61,092 nucleotides of DNA, taken from Gemmatimonadota bacterium (GTDB taxonomy: Bacteria; Gemmatimonadota; Gemmatimonadetes; Gemmatimonadales; GWC2-71-9). The stretch lies in contig QKDC01000174.1 in NCBI GenBank assembly GCA_003246755.1, positions 1 to 61,092 of the forward strand. Direction: 5' to 3'. Shown here in pieces: positions 1-9,407 of this stretch; the stretch's first letter is position 1, and each line of letters begins with the position of its first letter. The position numbers were made by a program, and so were the translations under genes. A model generated the notes under the pieces. That model had not been told where the DNA came from, made no database searches, and saw nothing but the letters and a program-made list of their open reading frames with translations.

Positions 1-1128
1 GCCGTCGTGAAGAAAGAACCCTCTCCCACCCTGGGACTGTGGCGCGAGCCCCAGCCCCCAGAGTGGTGCCGTGCGCCACTCCGACGTCTCGGCCCGACCC
101 TCCGTGTAGCCATCGTCGAGTTCGGGTCCCATGTCGTGTAACAGAAGGTCGCTGTAAGGGTGGACCTCGACTTCGGAGAGCGCGGCAATGGACGATGGTC
201 CCGTTCGGAGCGTGGGTGTGTGGCACTTCGCGCAGCCGATGCTCGAGAACAGCTGGTCTCCCGCCACCACCTCCGGGTCACCCACATCTCGTCGTGGCGG
301 CACACGAAGTGTGCGGAGATAGAACACAACCGCCTGCACCACGCTCGACGCCACTTCAGGGTCGGGCACACCATCACCCGCGAAACCGCCTACCTGCCTG
401 TTGACCGGATCGTCGGGGAGCACATCGGAGGTGACTCCCATGTCCTCGCGGTACGCATTGACCGTTTGGTGAAGCAACGAGATCGCCGAGGCTTTCTTCC
501 CGAATCTGCCGATGAATCGACCGCCGATTCTCACTCTCGAGGCATGGGTTCCGTCCAGAACGTCCTCGAGACGTGTCACCTCCGCGATGACGTCGGTTTC
601 ATCAACCAATTGTACCCGGCCCGAGATCCCGTCCTGATCGAGATCGTCGGGGTCTTCGAGCGCAAGCAGGGTCGCGTCGTCGACCGCCTCGAGGTACCCC
701 AACCCAGTCACCGAAGGCGCAGTGAAGTGGGCCACCCCGGTCGCACCTGGAGGGACGACCTCCGCGATGTAGTTCAGAATGGCGCGGTGCTGAACCTGTG
801 GCCCACCGGAGGTTCGCATGGGATCGAAGCCCCCTGGAATCGACCGGCCAAATCGGGTCAGGTTGAAGGCCGGATGACCCTTTCCATCACCGACGTGACA
901 GCTCTCACATGAGGGGGCGACGAAGATGGGACCCAGCCCGTCAGCGGTCCCAAATACGCGGCCGAATTCCTCATCGCCGGCAAGGTGTTGGGCGATCTGC
1001 GCACCCGTGAGACCGGGAACCGTCCCAGCCAGATGCTGATCCTCTGCCGGCCCGTCGGGACTCAGAACCTCGCACGCCGCAACGAGAAACACCCCCGAGA
1101 AAAGAGTCGCCCATCGATGTTTCGTCAT
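1..1128 (-). CDS. Di-heme oxidoreductase (DHOR-family) c-type cytochrome lipoprotein, 3' end outside window
   Basis: Translated by hand because it is absent from the ORF track. Starts MTKHRWATLFSGVFLVAAC (lipobox), has two CxxCH motifs (CESCH, CAKCH) and the family motifs DPDDLDQDGISGR, GRFGKKA, YSDLLLHDMG, EWRTAPLWGLG, FLHDG. Frame is open to base 1. Confidence 0.9.
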   Translation of the reverse strand, partial: MTKHRWATLFSGVFLVAACEVLSPDGPAEDQHLAGTVPGLTGAQIAQHLAGDEEFGRVFGTADGLGPIFVAPSCESCHVGDGKGHPAFNLTRFGRSIPGGFDPMRTSGGPQVQHRAILNYIAEVVPPGATGVAHFTAPSVTGLGYLEAVDDATLLALEDPDDLDQDGISGRVQLVDETDVIAEVTRLEDVLDGTHASRVRIGGRFIGRFGKKASAISLLHQTVNAYREDMGVTSDVLPDDPVNRQVGGFAGDGVPDPEVASSVVQAVVFYLRTLRVPPRRDVGDPEVVAGDQLFSSIGCAKCHTPTLRTGPSSIAALSEVEVHPYSDLLLHDMGPELDDGYTEGRAETSEWRTAPLWGLGLAPQSQGGRGFFLHDG

Positions 1129-1134
1129 AGATAA

Positions 1135-1164
1135 AACATATATTCGTTCAGCCTAACATCGCAA
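1135..1164 (-). promoter_or_regulatory. Putative sigma70 promoter (leaderless) with overlapping DtxR/IdeR-like imperfect palindrome
   Basis: Minus strand TTGCGA-N18-TATGTT-N6-ATG with no SD. The spacer contains TTAGGCTGAACGAA (1143-1156). Confidence 0.45.
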
Positions 1165-1205
1165 GACGGAAGTCTCTTCACGTGGTTCCGCCCGGTACGG
1201 GTCTC

Positions 1206-2063
1206 CTAGGGGTTTCTGTTGGCTACGAAGGCCAGGAATCGTCCGTCAGGGCTCGAGGAAAGCCGCGTGATAGCGGTGACGCCCTGATCCGAAAAATCCA
1301 CCTGCCGGTCCCACCGCTGCCGTCGGGCATTCCACTCGAAGATCGCGGCACCACTCGCCATCAGGATCGTCCCGTGGGGTCGATATGTGAAGTACTCCTG
1401 TCCTGCAATGGTCGGCCCCACTTCTTCGATCGTCCCGTTATCCAGATCGAGCGTACGGATCGTCCAGTTCGTGGAATCGCTCTGATCGACGAAGCTCACG
1501 GCCCGCCGGCCCGGAACCTTGTTCAGCGATCGGCCGACCGCGGCAGCGACCGTATCGGGAGGGGCTGCTACCGTCCTCGTATCAGCCACCTGGAGTGTCG
1601 AAGGGCTTCCAAGCACATACAGCACAACGGTGTTCCCATCCACCCAGGCGTGGTACCCCACCGGTTTGATCTCCGGCAGAACCAGCACAGGGATCTTGCC
1701 ATCGAGGGTGAATGCCCAGAGGCGCTGAGTACCGTCCTCCTCGACGCGGACCACCGAGAAGGCGGATCCATCGGGCATGATGGTAGGGGAGTACTCGCTC
1801 TCCGCCGTTCGTGTCACCGGAGTGATCGCCCCACTCGCCAGATCGATGGTGTAGGTGTCGGTCTGCCCATCCCTGAACGAGGTGTAGAGCAGGTGGGTCC
1901 CGTCGAGGGTGAACGAGGGTTGATTGTCGTACCCCGGTCGATCGGTGAGGTTCTTGACTTCCCCATCCTTTGGCGGCCAAGGGGTGAGCCAGACGTCGGT
2001 GCTCGGCGGGGAGTCTTGAGCCCACAGTGGGACGGCGAGAAGCAGGAACAGGAGTGACCGCAT
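1206..2063 (-). CDS. Secreted TolB-like/PD40 beta-propeller protein
   Basis: Signal peptide and repeats such as YDNQPSFTLDG, EYSPTIMPDG, SSSPDGRFLAFV. Confidence 0.8.
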   Translation of the reverse strand: MRSLLFLLLAVPLWAQDSPPSTDVWLTPWPPKDGEVKNLTDRPGYDNQPSFTLDGTHLLYTSFRDGQTDTYTIDLASGAITPVTRTAESEYSPTIMPDGSAFSVVRVEEDGTQRLWAFTLDGKIPVLVLPEIKPVGYHAWVDGNTVVLYVLGSPSTLQVADTRTVAAPPDTVAAAVGRSLNKVPGRRAVSFVDQSDSTNWTIRTLDLDNGTIEEVGPTIAGQEYFTYRPHGTILMASGAAIFEWNARRQRWDRQVDFSDQGVTAITRLSSSPDGRFLAFVANRNP

Positions 2064-2177
2064 CGGAGCGCACCTCGTCGGGGGTAACTCCTCAATCTAC
2101 GGCGCCTCCACGCCCGATACGAGTTGCCGATCGTATGAGCCGCGGTCATTATCCCTCACCCCGGACAGGACTGAACC

Positions 2178-3308
2178 TTGCGCCGACTCCGCCCCCTCCT
2201 GGCACTCGTGGCACCGCTGGTCCTCTCCGCTCCAGCACCGATCCTCGGGCAGGGCGACTTCGCCACCCTGATCCAACGACTCTCCGAGGGAGAGGGCTAC
2301 TTCCCGAGCGACAACCTGGTCACCAATGAGAACTCCTACCTGCATGTGCTTGGTGATCTGAACGCAACGGGAGTCCGCGGTGGGGCCTACGTGGGCGTCG
2401 GCCCGGAGCAGAGCTTCTCCTACATCGCGACGATCCACCCCGAAGTCGCAATCCTGATCGATATCCGGCGCGACAACATGCTCCTCCATCTCCTCCTGAA
2501 GGCGATGTTCGAGGAAGCCCGGAACCGACTGGAGTACCTCTGTCTCTTGTACGGCCGAGCGCCACCTGAGGACCTGTACCTCTGGACCGACGTAACACTC
2601 GAGGCCATCCTCGACTATATCGACGGCGCACCGGCGAACCCCGCTCTACATGGTGAAAACCACCGCCGCCTGATGGAGGCGCTCACGGCGTTCGGGGTCC
2701 CGCTGAGCGATATGGACCGGGCTACGGTCCGGAGATTCCACGACGAGTTTGCTTTTGCCGGCCTGGACGTCCGCTACTCCACGCGCAGCCGCCGTCTCCG
2801 GCTCGACTTTCCAAGCAATCGAATGATCTATCTGGAGGTCGACCGTGAAGGGAACCAGGGTAGCTACCTGGCAACGGAAGACCGCTGGCGGGCGGTGCGG
2901 GATCTGCAGCTGAAGGATCGTGTGATCCCAGTCGTCGGAGACCTCGCTGGTCCATCCGCGGTCCGGAAGGTCGGTGATTACCTCCGCGAGATCGGCCTGA
3001 CCGTGTCGGCACTCTACGTGTCGAACGTGGAACAGTATCTCTTCCGCGGGGGACTCTTCCCGCTCTTCGTCGACAACGTCCGCAATCTTCCGACCGGACC
3101 GAACAGCGTCATCATCAGGAGTTGGTTTTCGCGTCGCGGGGGCGACCCCTGGCCCGCCCTCCCCTCACAGGTCCCGGGTTACCGCAGCGCCCAGCTCCTT
3201 CAGACCTTTGCCCGATTTCACGCCCTCACGCGACAGCCGGAGTTGGTCGACTATTGGACCCTGATCTCCGATGTCGAGCCACGGCGGGCGGCCCTGCCGC
3301 CCCACTAG
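2178..3308 (+). CDS. Conserved secreted hypothetical protein
   Basis: Signal peptide, SD-like GGA upstream of a TTG start, and conserved-looking blocks GYFPSDNLVTNE, GGAYVGVGPEQ, LYVSNVEQYL. Confidence 0.7.
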   Translation: MRRLRPLLALVAPLVLSAPAPILGQGDFATLIQRLSEGEGYFPSDNLVTNENSYLHVLGDLNATGVRGGAYVGVGPEQSFSYIATIHPEVAILIDIRRDNMLLHLLLKAMFEEARNRLEYLCLLYGRAPPEDLYLWTDVTLEAILDYIDGAPANPALHGENHRRLMEALTAFGVPLSDMDRATVRRFHDEFAFAGLDVRYSTRSRRLRLDFPSNRMIYLEVDREGNQGSYLATEDRWRAVRDLQLKDRVIPVVGDLAGPSAVRKVGDYLREIGLTVSALYVSNVEQYLFRGGLFPLFVDNVRNLPTGPNSVIIRSWFSRRGGDPWPALPSQVPGYRSAQLLQTFARFHALTRQPELVDYWTLISDVEPRRAALPPH

Positions 3309-3334
3309 GACTCCCCCCACAATCCGGCCCGGGC

Positions 3335-6300
3335 TCAGCGCTCCCACCAGAGTGCCGGTCGGGCTCGGGGGTGATTTCCAATCTCGTTCAGGGTGGCGGC
3401 GTCGTACAGCCGCCCATTCAACATCACCTGTTCGACCCGCTCCGTCTGCCGGATGTCGGTCAGAGGGTTCCCGCCGAGCACGATGAGATCGGCCAGTTTG
3501 CCGGCTTCCAACGAACCCAGATCCCGGTCGAGCCCGAGATAGGTGGCACCGTTGATCGTCGCGACGCGGAGCGCCTCGACGGGGCTCATCCCGCCCTGCT
3601 CGAACATCCACAGCTCCCAATGCGCGCCGAGCCCCTGCAACTGTCCATGGGCCCCGAGTTGTACCAGGCCGCCTGCGTCGAGGATGGCCTTCGCCCCTCG
3701 GCCGATGGCGATGTGATTGAAGTCTTCGTCGCCGGCTGCCTTGAGGCGTCGCCGCGACCGCGAATCCACTTGCTCTCGCGGGGTGAAGGTGAGCAGATGC
3801 TGGTTCTCCCAGACGTTGGTGCGTTCGTAGAAGTAGTACTCACCCGAGAGACCGCCGTAGCCGACGATCATGGTCGGCGTGTAGCCCGTGCGGCTCCGCC
3901 CGAACAGGGTCGCGACATCGCGATAGACCACAGGCACGGGAAGGGAGTGCTCCACCCCGGTGTGACCGTCGAGGACCATGCTGACGTTGTTGTAGAGCAG
4001 CGATCCACCCTCAGGCACCACCAGCATTTCCAACTCTCGTGCCGCCTTGATAATCATCTGTCGGGCGTCTCGGCGGCGTTGGTTGTAGCTCTTCACCGAG
4101 AACCCGCCAACGGCTTTCATCCGCCGCAGATGTGACAGTGCATCATCGTAGGTCTCCACCACTGCCTTGAAGGGCGTCTCGGCTCCGTAGAGAATCATCC
4201 CGGTCGAGAAGAGTCGAGGACCGATTCGCACTCCCGCCCGCTGCATCTCAATGGCCGTAAAAACGTTCTCCGTGCTGTTCGAGGGGTCGTGCGAAGTCGT
4301 GACGCCAAACGCGAGGTTGGCCATGAGGGGCCAGTTGGCCTGTGCTTGGAGCCCGTTGCTTTCACCGCCCACGTGAGCATGAACGTCGATGATGCCGGGC
4401 ATGAGGGTCTTCCCGCTCACGTCAACGCGGTGCGCTCCTGCGGGTACGTTGGTGCTGGTGGCCGGGCCTACGGCCACGATGCGATTCCGGTTCACCACGA
4501 TGGTGCCGTTCTCTATCACACCACCATCGGGTCCATTCATCGTGATGATCCGGCCACCGACGAATGCGACGCTGCCCGTGGGCACGTCGCTCGCCACCGT
4601 GAAGCCGACATTCACACCCTCGGCTTCCGGGCTGTCGGGTGTTGCCTGCCCGCCCTCGACGAAGGTGAAGCTCTCGGCCAGATCACGGGAGAAGTATTCG
4701 GCACCCAGCGTCCAGTGCACGCTCCTGCTGTCGGCGGACCAATGGAGATAGAACCCGGCATCCCTGGAGACTTGGGCCACGGGGTATCCCTTGACGGAGG
4801 GACCCAGGTCCACCGTACGACCGGAGTGCGGGAACGCCGCGACGTAGGACTTGAACCGTTCCTCGAAGGCGACCCACTTCCCGTCGGGCGACGGGACGAT
4901 CTGGGTGGCGTTGTCCGACCGGAAATGCACCATCCGGTCACCGCCGGTGAGGTCGACGCTGTAGAGAATTGATTTCTGGTTCTCGAAGCCACTCAAGTAA
5001 ATCCGCGTGCCGGTGTGATCGAACATCGGTTCCGATCCACTCCGGGTGACGCGTCGTGGAGCGGCCGATACATCCACGGGCACGATGAAGATCCCGGTGT
5101 TTTCGCCATAGGTCGGGCCGCGGACACCGTCACCACCTACCGACCGGTAGACCACCCATTTCCCATCCGGCGAAAAGGACGGTTCGGTGTAGTGACCGGG
5201 CTCCGAAACAATATCGCGAGCGGGGCGCCGTGCAAGCGGAGCGACCCGGACTCTGCCCTTCTCTCGATCGGTCCAGGTCGTGAACACCACGGAGGCCCCG
5301 TCCGGCGAGAAGGAGGGATCGAATTCCATCCGATCGTCACCCGTGAGCCTTCGCGGGGCGGCACCACCAATCGATGCAAGCCAGATCTTGCCGAGCGCCG
5401 AGTAGACAACCGATTGGTCGTCCGGAGCCGTAGCGACGTCTCGCAGCATCTTCACGCTGAAGGAGTCCGGGGCGACCGTCTGGGCGAATCGAACCGCCTC
5501 GTGGACCGTCTGATCCACCTGTGCCGTAAAGGGGATCCTGGTGGCGTTCCCCGTCGCCACATCCACTCGCCAGATTCCGCCTTGGGCCCAGATCACGATG
5601 GCCTGACCGTCGGGTGTCCAGTCGTACTGGGCGTAGACTCCATGGATGGCCCACGCCTCCTGCATGTCGCGGTCGAGTCCATCCCAGACGGGTCTCTCTT
5701 CTCCTGTCGCAAGGTCGCGCAGGAAGAGCACCGTCTTGTACCGGACTCGCCGAATGAACGCGAGCTGCTTGCCATCGGGACTCGGCGCCGGGGTAATCGA
5801 TCCACCCGGCGCTCGGCTCACCGTCCGCTCTTCACCGGTCGTGAGGTCGCGGCCCACGATGGCGTAGATCACTCCGTACGGGTCCTTGTTGTATTCGAAT
5901 TGGGTACCGGGTGTGACGTCCTTGCTGTAGTAGAGGGTGTTTCCGTCCGGGGAGATCGCGGGCTCGCCGGCATCCTTCTGGGCACTGATCCTATCGGTCA
6001 CCAGGAGACCCGTTCCCCCACTCCGGTGGTACATCCATACCTCACCCGCACCGAGCGAGCGGGATTCCACGTAATGCTTCCGGACAAAGACGTATTCCCC
6101 GTCGGGCGACCAAGCGGGGCTGTTGACATCGCGCACTTTTTCCTTCGTGACCTGGGTCGGTAGTAGGCCATCAGGCCGAATCAGCCAGACGTTGTTGTTC
6201 CCATCCCGGTCGCTGGTGAAGGCAATGTGCTGACCATCGGGGCTCCACCGTGGTTGGACATCAAAGGCGGCCCCCGAGGTGATCCTGGTGGCCTCTCCTC

Positions 6301-6535
6301 CCGTCATCGGCATGACATAGAGGTCGCCGAGCAGGTCGAAGACGATCTGGGACCCATCGGGACTGACATCCACGTTCATCCAGGTACCCTCACTCGTGGT
6401 GAAGGCAATGGTGGAGGTCGGTCCGAAGGAAGCACTCACATCCCACGTCCCTGCACTCGAGTCACTCTGGGCTCGAAGGGCCGCCGGTCTGGCCAGCCCA
6501 CCAACGATGAGGAGGGTGAGAGCAACGATCTTCAC
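3335..6535 (-). CDS. Secreted amidohydrolase with N-terminal PD40/TolB beta-propellers
   Basis: Start moved to the GTG of MKIVALTLLIVGG (signal peptide). Many SPDG repeats, the metal motif PGIIDVHAH, GVEH, and GSLEAGKLADLIVL. Confidence 0.9.
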   Translation of the reverse strand: MKIVALTLLIVGGLARPAALRAQSDSSAGTWDVSASFGPTSTIAFTTSEGTWMNVDVSPDGSQIVFDLLGDLYVMPMTGGEATRITSGAAFDVQPRWSPDGQHIAFTSDRDGNNNVWLIRPDGLLPTQVTKEKVRDVNSPAWSPDGEYVFVRKHYVESRSLGAGEVWMYHRSGGTGLLVTDRISAQKDAGEPAISPDGNTLYYSKDVTPGTQFEYNKDPYGVIYAIVGRDLTTGEERTVSRAPGGSITPAPSPDGKQLAFIRRVRYKTVLFLRDLATGEERPVWDGLDRDMQEAWAIHGVYAQYDWTPDGQAIVIWAQGGIWRVDVATGNATRIPFTAQVDQTVHEAVRFAQTVAPDSFSVKMLRDVATAPDDQSVVYSALGKIWLASIGGAAPRRLTGDDRMEFDPSFSPDGASVVFTTWTDREKGRVRVAPLARRPARDIVSEPGHYTEPSFSPDGKWVVYRSVGGDGVRGPTYGENTGIFIVPVDVSAAPRRVTRSGSEPMFDHTGTRIYLSGFENQKSILYSVDLTGGDRMVHFRSDNATQIVPSPDGKWVAFEERFKSYVAAFPHSGRTVDLGPSVKGYPVAQVSRDAGFYLHWSADSRSVHWTLGAEYFSRDLAESFTFVEGGQATPDSPEAEGVNVGFTVASDVPTGSVAFVGGRIITMNGPDGGVIENGTIVVNRNRIVAVGPATSTNVPAGAHRVDVSGKTLMPGIIDVHAHVGGESNGLQAQANWPLMANLAFGVTTSHDPSNSTENVFTAIEMQRAGVRIGPRLFSTGMILYGAETPFKAVVETYDDALSHLRRMKAVGGFSVKSYNQRRRDARQMIIKAARELEMLVVPEGGSLLYNNVSMVLDGHTGVEHSLPVPVVYRDVATLFGRSRTGYTPTMIVGYGGLSGEYYFYERTNVWENQHLLTFTPREQVDSRSRRRLKAAGDEDFNHIAIGRGAKAILDAGGLVQLGAHGQLQGLGAHWELWMFEQGGMSPVEALRVATINGATYLGLDRDLGSLEAGKLADLIVLGGNPLTDIRQTERVEQVMLNGRLYDAATLNEIGNHPRARPALWWER

Positions 6536-6660
6536 GAACGATCCCGGGAGGTGGGGGCGGTCTCGATGCATGCAGCAAACTCCGATTCGGTAGGTGAGTC
6601 GAGTCTCCCGGGAGCATGACCCGGGAGACATCCATATCGGGGCGTCCTTGGGAGCTCCCG

Positions 6661-9399
6661 TCAGTTCGATCCCCCGGCGGCGATCCGGTCGAGGATCACG
6701 CCGAGCTGCTTGATCTCTTCGCCGTAGCGCGCCCAATCGCCGTCCCGCTGGGCCTGGAGCGCTGCTTCATAGAGACGCCGCGCCTCGGTGATCAGGGCGG
6801 CGATGCCCGAATCAACCGCGCCGCGGGTCGATACGGTGGCCGCGGGCGAGTCCGTCGTTGCAACCACGGCAGTCGGGTCGATCGGGCCGCTCCCATCACC
6901 ACCGAAGAGTTGGCGGAGGGCCCCGTCCAGGGTCTCCCGCATGACGACCCGATTCTGATACGCCACCACGACCTGCTTCAACTCGGGGATCCGCCCTCCC
7001 TCCGCTTGCAGGTAGAGCGGCCGGACGTACAGCAGTGATGACTCAATGGGAATCACGAGAAGGTCGCCCCAGATGACTTGGGAGCCACGTTGATCCCAGA
7101 GGGATACTTGCCGAGAGATATCCGTGTCCTGGTTGATCCGGTTTTCGATCTGCTTCGGGCCAAAGACCAGGCTCTGCCTGGAGAGTTGGTACACGCGAAG
7201 TTTGCCATAGTTGTCGCCATCATTCCGTGCCACCATCCACGCCGCGAGATTGTCCTTCCCTCTCGGTGTGAACGGAACCATGTAAATGAACTCCGCCTCC
7301 GATTCCTCGGGCAGGCGCATGACGATGTGTCGCATGAAGGGCACCGACCCATCGGCCACGTCCACCGCCGGAATCTGCCACTGGTCCTCCCGCTGGTAGA
7401 AATCCACCGGTGAGTCCATGTGGTAGGTCGTGTAGAGGCTGGTCTGCACCCGGTAGAGATCGTCGGGATATCGGATATGAGCCCTGAGGTCGGCCGGCAT
7501 GTCGTCCATGGAAACGAACATGCCGGGGAAGATCTTCGACCACGTCTGAATCAGGGGATCGTCGGCATCGCTGATGTACGCGGAGAAGGCCCCATCGTAT
7601 GCGTCGATCACGATTTTGGCACTGTTCCGCATATAGGTCGTGCCATCATTCAACCGTTGTGCGTAGGGATACCGGTTGGTGACCGTGTAGGCGTCGAGAA
7701 TCCACTTCAGGGTCCCGTCATCCGCGATCACCATGTAGGGATCCCGGTCGAACCGGAGGAAGGGGAAGGCCTTGGCGGCCCGGCCCTGGATGTCTCGATA
7801 GTAGAGCACACGGCTCTCGCCGGTGATGTCGCCCGAGAACAGGATCTTGGAGGAGGCAAAGCGGGTGGCCAGAATGATACGACGAAGGATGTTACCGACC
7901 TTCACCCCACCTGAACCTTCGTACGAGGCGTAGACGTTCTCCTCCCCCGAGGGGTGGTCGAACTCACGCTGGGCCGTCTTGACGAACACGTACTCGCCAG
8001 TTCGCTCACCGTAGTAGATCTGCGGCCGGGTGACCTCGAGTGAGACGCTGGAGGTGGGTGGCAAGTCCTGAATGAACAGGACGGGGAGTCCTTCGGTGGT
8101 CACCTGATTGACGGGCGTGAGGGTGAGTCCCATCCCATGGGTGAACGTCAGGTGCTCGTTGATGAAGGTCCTGGTCGGGAGGGACGCGGAGTTGAGTTCC
8201 CTGGGCGAGAGCAGGACCTGCCGGTACTTGCCATCGATCCAATAGCGATCGTCGTCCACGTTGACAAAATCGTAGTAGGTACGGATCTCCTGCAGTTGAC
8301 CAAACGTCTGGAGCAGCGGGTCGCGGTCCCACAGTCGGACGTTTTCAATCGTGGCCACATTCGACCGGACATCCGCCAAGGTGAGTGAGGCCTCGCTCAC
8401 CAGATCCCGGGTCTCGACCTTGTCCAGGCCCCATGCCTTCCGGGTCGCTTCGATGTGGTACTGGAGATACGGAGTTTCTCGAGTGAGTTCCGTCGGGGCG
8501 ACCACGAACTTCTGGATCATCTGCGGCGAAACTCCCCGTCCCAGGACCGCTACCACGATGTAGGCTCCGATGGACCAGGCCCCATAGCGGACCAGCTGGC
8601 CCCGGAATCCACCGATCAGGACCACCAGACCCGCAACCGCGGCGAGGATCGTGGTGGTTTTGAGCGCTGGAAGTAAGGCATTCATGTCGGTGTAACTGGC
8701 ACCGATCAGGGGGCCGGTATTCGAAAAGAGCAGGTTCGGGACCTCGACAAACCAGAGTCGGAGCGCGGTGAGCAGCATCAACGCCGCCAGGAGAACTGCC
8801 AGGTGGAGTCCTGCCGACCGTTCGATATGAAGTTGTTTGGGGCGGAGGATGATGTCGCCCCGGATGAAGTACACGGGAACCAGCATCAGCAGGAGGAGCA
8901 CCACCAGGCTCGAGAGGGTGGCGACACCGGCCGCGATACCCGGGAGGATGAAGACATAGAAGCCGATGTCGCGCGCGAAGACGGGATCGGTTGTCCCAAA
9001 CGGGGTCCGGTGAATCACCTGGAGCACGAGATCCCAGGCCGGTGTGGCTCCGAGTCCGGCCAACAAGCCGAGGCCGAGCGAGGCGGGAAGAATGAGGCGG
9101 CGAACGGTTGCCGTCACATCGAGCCGCTGTCCGGGTTGACCCATCGGTATGACGAAGGGGTTGGGGACGACACCCCGTTGCGCCACGCGGAGGTTCACGA
9201 AAATGAGGAGCCCGGTGAACGTGCCGACCCCAAGAAAGAGGAGCAGCTTGGTGACGAGTTCGCGGGTGAAGACGACCTGGTAGCTGATTTCCTGGAACCA
9301 CCACCAGTCGGTGAGGAGTCCTGCCGCGGCCGGGAAGAAGAGGACGAGCCCCACTGCCGCGGCAAGGAGGACGAGGAGGGCAAGGCGTTGTCGTGTCAT
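6661..9399 (-). CDS. UPF0182 family membrane protein
   Basis: TDWWWF, DPVFARDIGFYVF, NVRLWD, YYDFVNVDDDRY, FTHGMG, GDLLVIPIESSLLYVRPLYLQ. Confidence 0.92.
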   Translation of the reverse strand: MTRQRLALLVLLAAAVGLVLFFPAAAGLLTDWWWFQEISYQVVFTRELVTKLLLFLGVGTFTGLLIFVNLRVAQRGVVPNPFVIPMGQPGQRLDVTATVRRLILPASLGLGLLAGLGATPAWDLVLQVIHRTPFGTTDPVFARDIGFYVFILPGIAAGVATLSSLVVLLLLMLVPVYFIRGDIILRPKQLHIERSAGLHLAVLLAALMLLTALRLWFVEVPNLLFSNTGPLIGASYTDMNALLPALKTTTILAAVAGLVVLIGGFRGQLVRYGAWSIGAYIVVAVLGRGVSPQMIQKFVVAPTELTRETPYLQYHIEATRKAWGLDKVETRDLVSEASLTLADVRSNVATIENVRLWDRDPLLQTFGQLQEIRTYYDFVNVDDDRYWIDGKYRQVLLSPRELNSASLPTRTFINEHLTFTHGMGLTLTPVNQVTTEGLPVLFIQDLPPTSSVSLEVTRPQIYYGERTGEYVFVKTAQREFDHPSGEENVYASYEGSGGVKVGNILRRIILATRFASSKILFSGDITGESRVLYYRDIQGRAAKAFPFLRFDRDPYMVIADDGTLKWILDAYTVTNRYPYAQRLNDGTTYMRNSAKIVIDAYDGAFSAYISDADDPLIQTWSKIFPGMFVSMDDMPADLRAHIRYPDDLYRVQTSLYTTYHMDSPVDFYQREDQWQIPAVDVADGSVPFMRHIVMRLPEESEAEFIYMVPFTPRGKDNLAAWMVARNDGDNYGKLRVYQLSRQSLVFGPKQIENRINQDTDISRQVSLWDQRGSQVIWGDLLVIPIESSLLYVRPLYLQAEGGRIPELKQVVVAYQNRVVMRETLDGALRQLFGGDGSGPIDPTAVVATTDSPAATVSTRGAVDSGIAALITEARRLYEAALQAQRDGDWARYGEEIKQLGVILDRIAAGGSN

Positions 9400-9407
9400 G
9401 GAGGATC

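Noticed and set aside
39-912. Plus-strand ORFs of 121 and 250 aa
   Set aside because: Antisense shadows of the di-heme oxidoreductase gene, with no motifs.
6536-6736. N-terminal extension of the amidohydrolase ORF
   Set aside because: Overlaps the UPF0182 3' end and precedes a clear signal peptide starting at GTG 6535.
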